Positions 30,505 through 38,768 of a stretch of 64,000 nt of DNA are shown here, piece by piece. The notes below the pieces were generated by a model. The model did not search any database. It saw only the letters and a program-made list of their open reading frames with translations, and was not told where the DNA came from. Source of the stretch: a virus; the IMG/VR virus record IMGVR_UViG_3300034073_004910, positions 1 to 64,000 of that record; one strand, written 5' to 3'. Positions within the stretch are counted from its first letter, which is position 1. Every line of letters starts with the position of its first letter. The position numbers and the translations under genes were made by a program.

Positions 30505-31113
30505 TTATCTTCCTGAAATTCTCCTATCGTAACTAGCAAAAGATTCGTCCCACCATTCGGGTTTATTTCTAAACTTCCACTGAGCAAACGTTGCTTTGTC
30601 GAGCATATAAAAATATCTATAAGTTTGAACAGGGTCGTTTGGATTTCTTAGTTCTGGCGGGAAATGTTGGGATAAAGCTAACGCAAATTGCGTTAGCCCC
30701 AAATTGGGCATATTGTTAGGAATATTGAAATTCTTTACAATATGCTCGAGTTCACGAATTTTTCCATATCTATAGGTGTACTCATCACAAAGCTCTGCCG
30801 CATAATTAAAAGTGTAGGCATAGTTTTCATATGACGAGCGCACCCAGATAGTACACGGATGATTATACATAGTAGGCAGATACGGCGACAAAGGCCTCTC
30901 TGGTAAAGGAAGGGGAGCGATTTCTTTCTTCGCTTTATTAAGAATACCAGTTTCTTCTTTGGTAAGAGCACGAGGAACAAAACCTAATAGTTTATCTACC
31001 CATAGAGCTGTGCTCATCATTTGAGCAGCTTCAAGCGGCATTTTCACTACATGCTTATCGACATGATATTCAATACTTTTTTTAAGATCGTGGTCGAGAA
31101 TAAAGATGTTCAC
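30505..31113 (-). CDS. Pyrimidine-dimer DNA glycosylase (DenV-like family)
   Basis: MNIFILD..DKHVVKMPLEAAQM..NHPCTIWVR..EYTYRYGK..YR.FY..K..W..R..PEW. Confidence 0.75.
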   Translation of the reverse strand: MNIFILDHDLKKSIEYHVDKHVVKMPLEAAQMMSTALWVDKLLGFVPRALTKEETGILNKAKKEIAPLPLPERPLSPYLPTMYNHPCTIWVRSSYENYAYTFNYAAELCDEYTYRYGKIRELEHIVKNFNIPNNMPNLGLTQFALALSQHFPPELRNPNDPVQTYRYFYMLDKATFAQWKFRNKPEWWDESFASYDRRISGR

Positions 31114-31313
31114 TAAAGTTCTCTGACATTGAAAGATATATTATATATAATTGACGTAATAAAGTCAAGAAACTTTTTCTAAAATTTGAGGCGTAGCTTT
31201 AAAATTAAATACCTGAGTACGAGTCTACAGCGTTCATCCGAAAGTTCACTTACAGTGAGTTCCTGATTCATAAGCTGCTGTAAAATTTTCTCGTACTCAG
31301 GCTTAATCATTAG

Positions 31314-31493
31314 TTATTCCTTATCATCCATTCCTTCTGTGTCTGAGTAAGCCCCAGATTTACCTCGATGTTGGTTCCAGGTAGAATAACAAACTGCAAC
31401 TGCTTGCTGCTGATCGCGGCCTTCTCTTATAACTTCTGGCACACAGCGGGCAATAAAAGACTCTTCCGTTTCGTTTTTTCTAGGTTTTGGCAT
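31314..31493 (-). CDS. Small conserved phage protein (59 aa)
   Basis: Translated by hand: MPKPRKNETEESFIARCVPEVIREGRDQQQAVAVCYSTW. Confidence 0.6.
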   Translation of the reverse strand: MPKPRKNETEESFIARCVPEVIREGRDQQQAVAVCYSTWNQHRGKSGAYSDTEGMDDKE

Positions 31494-31923
31494 TATTTGA
31501 TCTCATCAACTCTACATAACTAGAGAGTTCTCCTACTAGCTCCTCGATACGATCGAGCAACGAGTCAAAACTTTCATCGTCTTCGTCATCTTCATATGCA
31601 ACTTTATCGTTATTCAATTGCTCTACTTTATTTCGAGCCCAAGACTGCCCAGGATCACCTCCCCATAAAGCCCAGGCAATTCTCCCAGCACTAGGGTACC
31701 CCTGCTCTCCTGGGGAAAATCCTTGGCCTTGCTTATCGACTTCGTGTCGAGAAAAATAAGAATGCATACGCCGAACCGTGCGCGGAGAAAGATTTTCTTT
31801 TCGAATCAATTGATTTGCACGAGTGACTCCTACAATCGTACCACCTCGATTATATTCTTTGCGCCACTCTAAACCCCGCTTGGCTTCGGCTGCCATTGCA
31901 TCTGTAGGAACTAAATCTACCAT
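31480..31923 (-). CDS. Conserved phage hypothetical protein
   Basis: EAKRGLEWR..GGT.VGV.RANQL..LS..TVRRM.SYFSRH..SAGRIAWALWGG. Confidence 0.6.
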   Translation of the reverse strand: MVDLVPTDAMAAEAKRGLEWRKEYNRGGTIVGVTRANQLIRKENLSPRTVRRMHSYFSRHEVDKQGQGFSPGEQGYPSAGRIAWALWGGDPGQSWARNKVEQLNNDKVAYEDDEDDESFDSLLDRIEELVGELSSYVELMRSNNAKT

Positions 31924-31936
31924 TGTTTACTCCATA

Positions 31937-32012
31937 TGGTGCTTCGAGATGGGATTGAACCATCGACCTGACGCTTATAAGACGCCCGCTCTTACCCCTG
32001 AGCTACCGAAGC
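31937..32012 (-). tRNA. tRNA-Ile (UAU)
   Basis: Cloverleaf GCTTCGG..GGCGT-CT-TAT-AA-GCGTC..GGTTCAATCC..encoded CCA. Confidence 0.85.
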
Positions 32013-32016
32013 GAAT

Positions 32017-32093
32017 TGGTGGGCTGTCTGGGATTCGAACCCAGGACACCCTGGTTAAAAGCCAGGTGCTCTAACCAACTGAGCTAACAGCCC
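32017..32093 (-). tRNA. tRNA-Lys (UUU)
   Basis: GGGCTGT..CCTGG-CT-TTT-AA-CCAGG..GGTTCGAATCC..CCA. Confidence 0.95.
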
Positions 32094-32099
32094 TTACGA

Positions 32100-32173
32100 T
32101 GGTGCGGCTTGAGAGAATCGAACTCTCACCTCTAGCTTGGAAGGCTAGGGCACTACCTTTATGCAAAAGCCGC
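32100..32173 (-). tRNA. tRNA-Gly (UCC)
   Basis: GCGGCTT..CTAGC-CT-TCC-AA-GCTAG..GTTCGATTC..CCA. Confidence 0.9.
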
Positions 32174-32544
32174 TAAAGGGGAATTTCTGCTAGCCCAGAT
32201 TCGCGATCTAGGTACTTGTAAGACACGTTGACTGGCTCAAATTCTTCCAGCGCCTGAAACACATCTCTTGGGTCCATAGGACCACAGGTATATACGTCAA
32301 GTTGAATAAGTCCAGGATTCGTTTCATCCCAAACATGAATCGCAATATGACTGGTCTCGATAATCACAACTCCAGTCAATCCACGATTTCCTTCGACATT
32401 TAAATAATGAGAAATAGGACCTTTACAAATTTTCATGCCAATCTTAGAGACTAGCGTAGTCATCCAGTGCTCCAAGTGCTCTGTAGCCGTTGGAGGATTT
32501 AGTACTTCTGCGCGAATGATTAAATGTACGTGTACAAGGTGCAT
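32173..32544 (-). CDS. speD: S-adenosylmethionine decarboxylase proenzyme-like
   Basis: GLTGVVIIETSHIAIHVW..QLDVYTCG (self-cleavage Ser in TSH). Confidence 0.8.
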   Translation of the reverse strand: MHLVHVHLIIRAEVLNPPTATEHLEHWMTTLVSKIGMKICKGPISHYLNVEGNRGLTGVVIIETSHIAIHVWDETNPGLIQLDVYTCGPMDPRDVFQALEEFEPVNVSYKYLDRESGLAEIPL

Positions 32545-32553
32545 ATATTTCTC

Positions 32554-32763
32554 TTAAAAATGTTTTGTCAAAATCTGTAGTTTTTCTTCCCACTCTGCTA
32601 GAATTGCTACTTCCTGATCAATTGTTTTCATAATATCAGGATGCTCGCCAACTCCAACATGATTGTTCAATAGAATTTCAATATTTACTTTATGAAATTC
32701 TATCTCTGCTTCGTACTTTTGTTTGAGAGCCTTTAAAATATTACTGCGATGAGTTATGCTCAT
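32554..32763 (-). CDS. Conserved phage hypothetical protein
   Basis: NIEILLNNHVGVGEHPDI motif. Start set at MSITHR because the longer ORF overlaps the tRNA-Leu 3' exon. Confidence 0.6.
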   Translation of the reverse strand: MSITHRSNILKALKQKYEAEIEFHKVNIEILLNNHVGVGEHPDIMKTIDQEVAILAEWEEKLQILTKHF

Positions 32764-32829
32764 ATAATTCTCTAAAAGTGGTGCGGGTAGCCGGACTCGA
32801 ACCGGCACGCTATAAAAGCGACAGATTTT

Positions 32830-33478
32830 CTTACCACTACGTGTTTCCACGCCATTACTGTTTGTGGTCTGGACTTTGTCTTTACCATAGTGTTTCCACT
32901 TTAGGTACCTCGTGTAAAGTCTCTACACTCGTCTTTCGACTAGCACGGCGTTGCCATGACTAAAGGTTTCACCGTTTTAGCGAGGTCCACTTACTAAGTT
33001 TCCCTAGTAAGGCTCTTATTTGTATAGTGCGTTACAATAACTTCTTGCGAGCTAAAAGTTTCTATATTTTGAGAAGCTTTCCCAGCGCAGCTTCTGCTGC
33101 AAAACGGCCCTTTTTTCCTTTGCTTCTATTATGTTTAGCATCGTGTAGCTTTCTCCCTTCTAGGATAAAACTAGAATGGCACACTTCACATATAAAAGTT
33201 TGAGAGCCTATTCGTTTTGCGTCAAGTTTTGCATGTGCTGAGCGGTCAATAACCGCTAAGTTATCAATATCGTTATTAGTAACGTCTCCGTCAATGTGGT
33301 CTACGGTTTCATTTTTGGTAAACTTTCTACCAATATGGTTTTCCATAATAAACTTAGGATATGAAACAGTTTTCTTTGTTCCATCAAGAAACACAATAAC
33401 TATTCTAGATCTATTATCCTTAGCTATGTAGGGGCCATATATTTTTTTAATATTTTCGTAAACCATACACTATACTAA
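32830..33478 (-). mobile_element. Group I self-splicing intron in the tRNA-Leu anticodon
   Basis: Exon ends in U and intron ends in G; core elements AAACGGTGAAACC (P), GGCAACGCCGTGC (Q), GTGTAGAGACT (R), AAAGACAAAGTCC (S); P1 pairing CUU|UUA with UAAGAG. Confidence 0.9.
33062..33466 (-). CDS. Intron-encoded HNH homing endonuclease (in the P1 loop; may extend to 32994 by -1 frameshift)
   Basis: ETVDHIDGDVTNNDIDNL...H HNH motif; CEVC half zinc finger. Confidence 0.85.
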   Translation of the reverse strand: MVYENIKKIYGPYIAKDNRSRIVIVFLDGTKKTVSYPKFIMENHIGRKFTKNETVDHIDGDVTNNDIDNLAVIDRSAHAKLDAKRIGSQTFICEVCHSSFILEGRKLHDAKHNRSKGKKGRFAAEAALGKLLKI

Positions 33479-33675
33479 AAGTCTGTTGTGTCTACCGATT
33501 CCACCATACCCGCGTATCAATCATACCAATGGCGAAGCACTCCCGCCATAATTACAAAGTTTGTAAGCAGAGTGACTATTACTATCACTGTACGAATCAA
33601 AGCTATAGTGTTTGCTTCTTTGTCCGTACTGCCGCTTTTTTCGCCTAGAGCTTTTGCCCAAAGTCTCCACATATT

Positions 33676-33751
33676 TGGTGCTCCCAGAGAGAATCGAACT
33701 CCCAACCTACTGATTACAAATCAGTTGCTCTACCTGTTGAGCTATGGAAGC
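33676..33751 (-). tRNA. tRNA-Thr (UGU)
   Basis: GCTTCCA..ACTGA-TT-TGT-AA-TCAGT..GTTCGATTC..CCA. Confidence 0.92.
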
Positions 33752-34094
33752 CAAAAATTGCCGAATGCTCTTTTCAAATTTGAAATATAGTATACTTAAA
33801 AAAACTAAAAAAGTCAACATATATTTTAGGATATCTTTTTATTTTTGTAAGGGTTATCTTGATAGAAGGTTTTTTGAATCATCCAATTGCATGGATAGTG
33901 AAACACATCTTTTGTTGCAGTAAAAAGCACTGTTTGATAGTCCAGCTCAAGATAACTGAGCCAGCCTGGTTGAGTTTTTTCAATTTGTTTTTTTGAAAGA
34001 ACATCCAAAATTTTATATGGCTCAGAAACTATACATACGTCTACTCCAATAAATTGAAAGTATACTGGATGCCATGTTATGGTAGCAATTGATC

Positions 34095-34499
34095 CTATTG
34101 GGTGCATAATTGATTATGTACTATGATTGCCTCTTCTGGCGTGGAAACAACAATCGAATCAATATTTTCATAATTGTTTCGAAATGCAACTGCTAGTCTT
34201 TGATTTCCAAATAGACAAAGATATGGTTTTTTGGAGTCGTAAAGCGATAAGCAGTTTTCATCGACCGACTGCTTACCGTGATTGTAGGCTTCTAAAGTAT
34301 TTTCTGTAACTATAATTGGATGTTTCATTCCATTTACTAGTATATCGTTTTCCAACTCATAAAAGTTTGGTTGAATTAGTCTACTTTCATGAGTAACAAA
34401 GTTTGCTATAGAACTTACTGGTAGATTTACTACATAGTATGTAGTTGTAACTATCTCAAGCAAAGGAGTGGCTCGAGTTATTGTAAAGCTATCTTTCAT
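34095..34499 (-). CDS. ParB/Srx-like domain protein
   Basis: LENDILVNGMKHPIIV...GNQRLAVA. Confidence 0.5.
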   Translation of the reverse strand: MKDSFTITRATPLLEIVTTTYYVVNLPVSSIANFVTHESRLIQPNFYELENDILVNGMKHPIIVTENTLEAYNHGKQSVDENCLSLYDSKKPYLCLFGNQRLAVAFRNNYENIDSIVVSTPEEAIIVHNQLCTQ

Positions 34500-34812
34500 G
34501 AATGCTTCGATAGAAGAGTATCACGCTCTGCGATTCTTTGATGTATCGCCGCAATTCCTGCACATTGTGAGACAGGTTTTCGTAGCCTTTTGGCGTAATC
34601 GCAAAAAACGGTTCATTTCCTGCTTTTGCTAAAAACTCGTCTAAATTTTTTTCTGATACGACATAAAATTCTACAGACCGTAATGTAACCGCACTTACGG
34701 GCGCGGCATGAATTATTGGAGTCGGTTCGCAGTAGTTCGGCGCAAGCTCAGGCTTTTGCTGCAAAAGCGAGCATCCGCTTAAAAGTGTTGCACAAATTAT
34801 AAGTTTTTTCAC
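34489..34812 (-). CDS. o-spanin (Rz1-like lipoprotein)
   Basis: Lipobox LLSGC, Pro-rich segment, follows the i-spanin and lysozyme. Confidence 0.65.
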   Translation of the reverse strand: MKKLIICATLLSGCSLLQQKPELAPNYCEPTPIIHAAPVSAVTLRSVEFYVVSEKNLDEFLAKAGNEPFFAITPKGYENLSHNVQELRRYIKESQSVILFYRSIHER

Positions 34813-35222
34813 TTTAAAAGCTCAGTTTGAAATTGCTGAGTTTCAGCCTCTATAGTGTCAAATACTTGCTGCGTCGCCCGATTCACTCGTATTTGTATCA
34901 GATTTGGCTTAGCCGCCGATAATTTTGTTAAATCGTGTTTTTGAAATATTTCTTGTGCTTTAGCTGCTTCTTCTCTAATTTTCACCGTGCGAGCATTTAA
35001 ATTATTGAGCTCTAGTGTTTGAGTATTAATGCTTTGAGAAATTCGTTCAAGTGAAGTCGAAAGTTGTTGAATTTGATAAGTTCGCACTTGTAGTTGTGCT
35101 TGAAGAGTTTTATTTGAATTTGAAAGATTATTTACGAAAATATATAAATATGTAAATAATCCTAGAGTACCAAGAATAAAAACGAGGTTAAGAATTCTTT
35201 TAAATTCCAATAGAAAGTTCAT
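34809..35222 (-). CDS. i-spanin (Rz-like)
   Basis: N-terminal TM helix plus coiled coil, directly downstream of the lysozyme. Confidence 0.65.
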   Translation of the reverse strand: MNFLLEFKRILNLVFILGTLGLFTYLYIFVNNLSNSNKTLQAQLQVRTYQIQQLSTSLERISQSINTQTLELNNLNARTVKIREEAAKAQEIFQKHDLTKLSAAKPNLIQIRVNRATQQVFDTIEAETQQFQTELLK

Positions 35223-35703
35223 GAATTATTCTCATTTTGGCAGTTAGTCTTCGAGCTTGTTCGCCATACTGTGCATACCAAAAACTGGACTCCATTTCTT
35301 TAGCTACATTTGCCCAGTTTTTAGTATAAACAGTTGCGATTAATTCTTTCAAAGAAAGGAAATTATCGCGGCCCAGGAAGAACAGCATATTTATTAATAC
35401 TTCCTGGGCCTCGGCAGGGATGGTTTCCCAGTCTGGAAAGATGATTCTGAAGTCAGAAAATGCAATGGCGAGGTCTTCTTCAAACAACTCGCGACTCTGT
35501 GCTTCAGTAATTGTATCGCCTAATTTTAACGAGCGAATAGGTAAAGGATCTTTCTTAGATATTTTATGACCTATTCCTACGGTCAGAAATCCTTCTGTAT
35601 CGCTGTAAACTCTTAACTTTTTTCCTGCGTCAATCTCAAGTTGACGAATTAGACGTTTTAAATTTACTTGTCCAGCATTATGTCTAGGAAACCACCCCAT
35701 CAC
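35200..35703 (-). CDS. T4-type (GH24) lysozyme homolog lacking the catalytic Glu
   Basis: LEIDAG..VYSDTEGFLTVGIGH aligns to T4L LRIDEG..IYKDTEGYYTIGIGH; S.WY.Q..ARRL C-terminal motif. Confidence 0.8.
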   Translation of the reverse strand: MMGWFPRHNAGQVNLKRLIRQLEIDAGKKLRVYSDTEGFLTVGIGHKISKKDPLPIRSLKLGDTITEAQSRELFEEDLAIAFSDFRIIFPDWETIPAEAQEVLINMLFFLGRDNFLSLKELIATVYTKNWANVAKEMESSFWYAQYGEQARRLTAKMRIIHELSIGI

Positions 35704-35809
35704 TTATATCAGCCGAAAGGAAGCCCAGATGCTAATTCAAAAGCACCTACGCCTACCATCAACCCAAGAAGGGTAATACCGGCTTTTTCAAAAATGTTGG
35801 AAATCGTGT

Positions 35810-36196
35810 TCATGATTGTATCTCAATATAATTGGCGGGGTTAACTGCCCGAGGCTTGAAAGTAATCTTTAATAGCCCGTCTTTAAACGTAGCGTCTGTC
35901 ACTTCAAGATTTTTTGGTACAAAAAAACTGCGCCGGAATGCTTTTCCACTTATACCCTTATGAATATAAGTTTCTGAGCTTAAACTTTTCTCTCCTTCTA
36001 CAAGCAGAATACCGTTGTCAAAATGAATCTTCACTTGTTCTTTTGACCAACCTGGAAGAGCCAAATCTACTCTATAGTTCTGATCTTCAAGCTTTACGAT
36101 ATTAAACCGAGGAAATGCGTCTACGTTCAGATCGCCAAAAAAGTCTGTAAAAAGCTTATCGCCACCCACAAAGAAGTGGTCAAGTAGTTTAGTCAT
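35810..36196 (-). CDS. Small heat shock protein (Hsp20/IbpA-like)
   Basis: FPRFNIVK..YRVDLALPG..YIHKGIS..FRRSF..ATFKDGLLKI. Confidence 0.9.
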   Translation of the reverse strand: MTKLLDHFFVGGDKLFTDFFGDLNVDAFPRFNIVKLEDQNYRVDLALPGWSKEQVKIHFDNGILLVEGEKSLSSETYIHKGISGKAFRRSFFVPKNLEVTDATFKDGLLKITFKPRAVNPANYIEIQS

Positions 36197-36242
36197 AATT
36201 TATCTCCTAAAAAATAAACCCGCCCCTTGACGGAAGCGCCAT

Positions 36243-36275
36243 AAAAAAGCTCACAGTAATACTGTGAGCTTTTTC
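36243..36275. terminator. Bidirectional intrinsic terminator
   Basis: AAAAAAGCTCACAGTA-A-TACTGTGAGCTTTTT. Confidence 0.7.
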
Positions 36276-36284
36276 AAACAAAAC

Positions 36285-36476
36285 CTATTTTTCGCTAATC
36301 GGAGTTTTTGTTACTGCTCGGAGCGCAACAATCAATCCACCAAGAATGCTGCCGACTACAGTTACTTGTTCCGGAGTCAATCCCGACTCGCTAACTGTTT
36401 GCTGAGCCCAGGAAAGAACTACAGTAACTAAACCCAGCCATACAGTTTTCGATTTGAAATAATTAACAAAATTCAT
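36285..36476 (-). CDS. Small two-TM holin-like protein
   Basis: KSKTVW..two TM helices..LRAVTKTPI; upstream of the lysis genes. Confidence 0.55.
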   Translation of the reverse strand: MNFVNYFKSKTVWLGLVTVVLSWAQQTVSESGLTPEQVTVVGSILGGLIVALRAVTKTPISEK

Positions 36477-36689
36477 ACTTTTCTCCTAATTGAATTCCTA
36501 GAATTCAATCTGCTCTTAAAAGAGCTAAGGAACGCAGCTAGAGAATTCTAGCCACATTATCGAACCCATCCTCTTCCTCGTCTTTATCCCACCAGTCCGA
36601 ACTTTCTCGAGTGGAATAAATATCGTTAACACCAGCAAACAAAAGTATAATAACTAAAAATAAATTCACTATTGTTTTCCTAATTAGTG

Positions 36690-37030
36690 GGAGTTTTTCT
36701 GTTGCGAGGAGGTTCCTTTGGGGAACACAAAACTCCCGAAACCCCGAGAAATCATGCTGCTACAGCATATTCCTCATTATAAAAGTCATCGTTTGCTTTT
36801 ATATTTATTTGCTTCTTCGACCGGGAAGTCCCAATCCTAACGGCTTTCGCATTGCCGGATCGTCCGCGTCTTTTTCCTGCTCTGTCGAAACCAGAACACC
36901 CCCATCAAAGTATACTCTGTCGCCGTTTTTGCTACGCTGGTAACGACCAAGACCTCAAAGAATATACTTTGGTGGAGGTGGGCGGAGTCGAACCGCCTTC
37001 CAAAACAGTTCCAATCAACATCATACGATC
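36690..37030 (-). ncRNA. ssrA: Circularly permuted (two-piece) tmRNA; acceptor piece ends in CCA at 36970, coding piece begins at 36903, tag at 36796-36752
   Basis: GGCGGTTCGACTCCGCCCACCTCCACCA precedes GGGGGTGTTCTGGTTTCGAC; G3-U70 Ala identity; tag ANDDFYNEEYAVAA*. Outer ends are approximate. Confidence 0.9.
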
Positions 37031-37155
37031 ATAATTGCTCAGTTTGGATTCGAACCTTGTCCGTGTATTGTCTACCCGCACGTCCCACCGTACTGACCGA
37101 GCAAATTTATTTATTTACTTTACAGTGAGTATTATAGTAAATCTTGAGCTAAAGG

Positions 37156-37416
37156 TCAAGAATTATTTTTGGGGAGGCTAGCGTTTTTATGACTATAAAA
37201 CTCCTCTAAGTGCTCTTTGAAAGTGTTATAAGTTTTGTCAAACTTATAGCTATAGAGAGTTACAAGCGAGAGCATAAAATTGTCGATTTTATCCGTAAAC
37301 TCAGCCGACAGCCCAGCAAATTCTTCGCTATCCAAAACTTCTCGAAAAAGTTTCAGATCGTCAATAATTTGCCAGACTTCCATAAGCTGTTGTTCAAGAT
37401 CAAATTGTTTGCTCAT
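37156..37416 (-). CDS. Hypothetical protein (paralog of the N-terminus of 38091-38555)
   Basis: QFDLEQQLMEVWQIIDDLK vs QFDLEQQIMDCWGIVDDLK. Confidence 0.55.
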   Translation of the reverse strand: MSKQFDLEQQLMEVWQIIDDLKLFREVLDSEEFAGLSAEFTDKIDNFMLSLVTLYSYKFDKTYNTFKEHLEEFYSHKNASLPKNNS

Positions 37417-37601
37417 TTTACTTTCGCCTATTTAAGATTGCTGAAGATGCTCTAGCGTATGTTGAATTACAAGTTGAGTGTAGCGCTGTAGTTCTTCGTC
37501 ATAGCTACAAGACCAGTCAATTCTTTCATTGTTTTGGTTCCACTCTTCAGCTTCCCAAAAAGCAAAACCTGCTTGACGAGCTAAAAACCAAAAAATTTCG
37601 T

Positions 37602-37808
37602 TCACAGTCCAGCACCCTCTTTCAGCATTGCATCAGCAAAAGCATAAGCATCTTTTGCATACGTGCTAAATCCGCCCGCTCGCTCAGAGTCGGCAAGCAT
37701 TCCAGCGAGGGCCTGCCCCGCGAAGTAGTCACGCAGGGACATGCCCGGACAAAAGTTTTTCAAGTCTCTATGGGTCGGGAATGCCGTCCCACCATCATTC
37801 TTCATCAT
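37602..37808 (-). CDS. Conserved phage hypothetical protein (Gp38-like)
   Basis: DGG.AFP..GMSLRDYFAGQAL.G..AY.FADAML motif. Confidence 0.7.
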   Translation of the reverse strand: MMKNDGGTAFPTHRDLKNFCPGMSLRDYFAGQALAGMLADSERAGGFSTYAKDAYAFADAMLKEGAGL

Positions 37809-38090
37809 TTTCTATTTCTCTTTTCGATTTCAGAAACTATTATGACACGCCTCGACCAAAGAGTCAACAACTGTTTTATGTCTGGCCATAATAGTCCAAG
37901 ATGCGGAGAATTGCACGAATAGTTTTTCTAATCTTTTTTAGATCGGTCTCAAGATCAGAAGAAAATACTCCTGCCGGAATATTGCCGTTTTTTCGAGATT
38001 CATACTCTATTTGTAAGTTAGTTAAATTTTGGTGTAAATCTTGGGTAACAATCTCACAAACCATAGGATACGGAAGTTCTATTTGCATTT

Positions 38091-38555
38091 TTAAATCTCC
38101 CAATCAGGCGGACTAGAGCGATTCTTCAAAAATTCTCGTATCTCTTTGGCATAATGTTTAGCAACGGTTTCTGAAACCCCAGCATACTCAAAACGCTCTG
38201 CATAAGACTCCAACATTTCTTCCGGCGTAAGCGGATAAGTTTCAGGCTTATTGATCCCCCTCATTGACTCTATACGGTCTGCTAAAGGTGTTAACGTTTC
38301 TCTGGGAGAAATGTCGGCAAGCTCGTATGGTTCAATCTTGCCAATCTCTTTCAGCATTTTCTCAAAAGTTTGAAATAGCTGATCAAACTTTAGATGATAC
38401 AGCTTACTGATCCCCATCAATATGGTCGGGACTTCATCAGAGTCCTCGAACAAAGTATCAGAACTGTAGATCGACTTAAGATCGTCTACTATTCCCCAGC
38501 AGTCCATAATTTGTTGTTCTAGATCAAATTGAGTTGACATAGGTTTTCCTTTCAA
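38091..38555 (-). CDS. Hypothetical protein
   Basis: ORF in a co-oriented early cluster. Confidence 0.5.
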   Translation of the reverse strand: MKGKPMSTQFDLEQQIMDCWGIVDDLKSIYSSDTLFEDSDEVPTILMGISKLYHLKFDQLFQTFEKMLKEIGKIEPYELADISPRETLTPLADRIESMRGINKPETYPLTPEEMLESYAERFEYAGVSETVAKHYAKEIREFLKNRSSPPDWEI

Positions 38556-38768
38556 AACTATTCTCTTGTAATCTTCTGGCTAAGTATTTTAATAGATCCT
38601 TGTATACGATCAAATCTATTAATCCTCATGCTCTTAAAAGAAGCTCCAACTACTCTAAGACCATAACGCTCGGCTCTCACTAGCTTTTCTGCGGCCATCC
38701 TCGTTGGAGCTTCTACTTCTATCTCTGCTTTTAAGATATACTTATATTTCATCTCAGAGACTCCAGTT

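Larger units (their letters stand above)
32779..33513 (-). tRNA. tRNA-Leu (UAA) split by a group I intron (5' exon 33513-33479, 3' exon 32829-32779)
   Basis: Joined exons give GCGGGTA..ACAGA-CT-T^AA-AA-TCTGT..long variable arm..GGTTCGAGTCC..TACCCGCACCA (86 nt). Confidence 0.9.

Noticed and set aside
36970-37002. Truncated tRNA or attachment-site remnant
   Set aside because: Explained as the acceptor piece of the permuted tmRNA; no integrase in the window.
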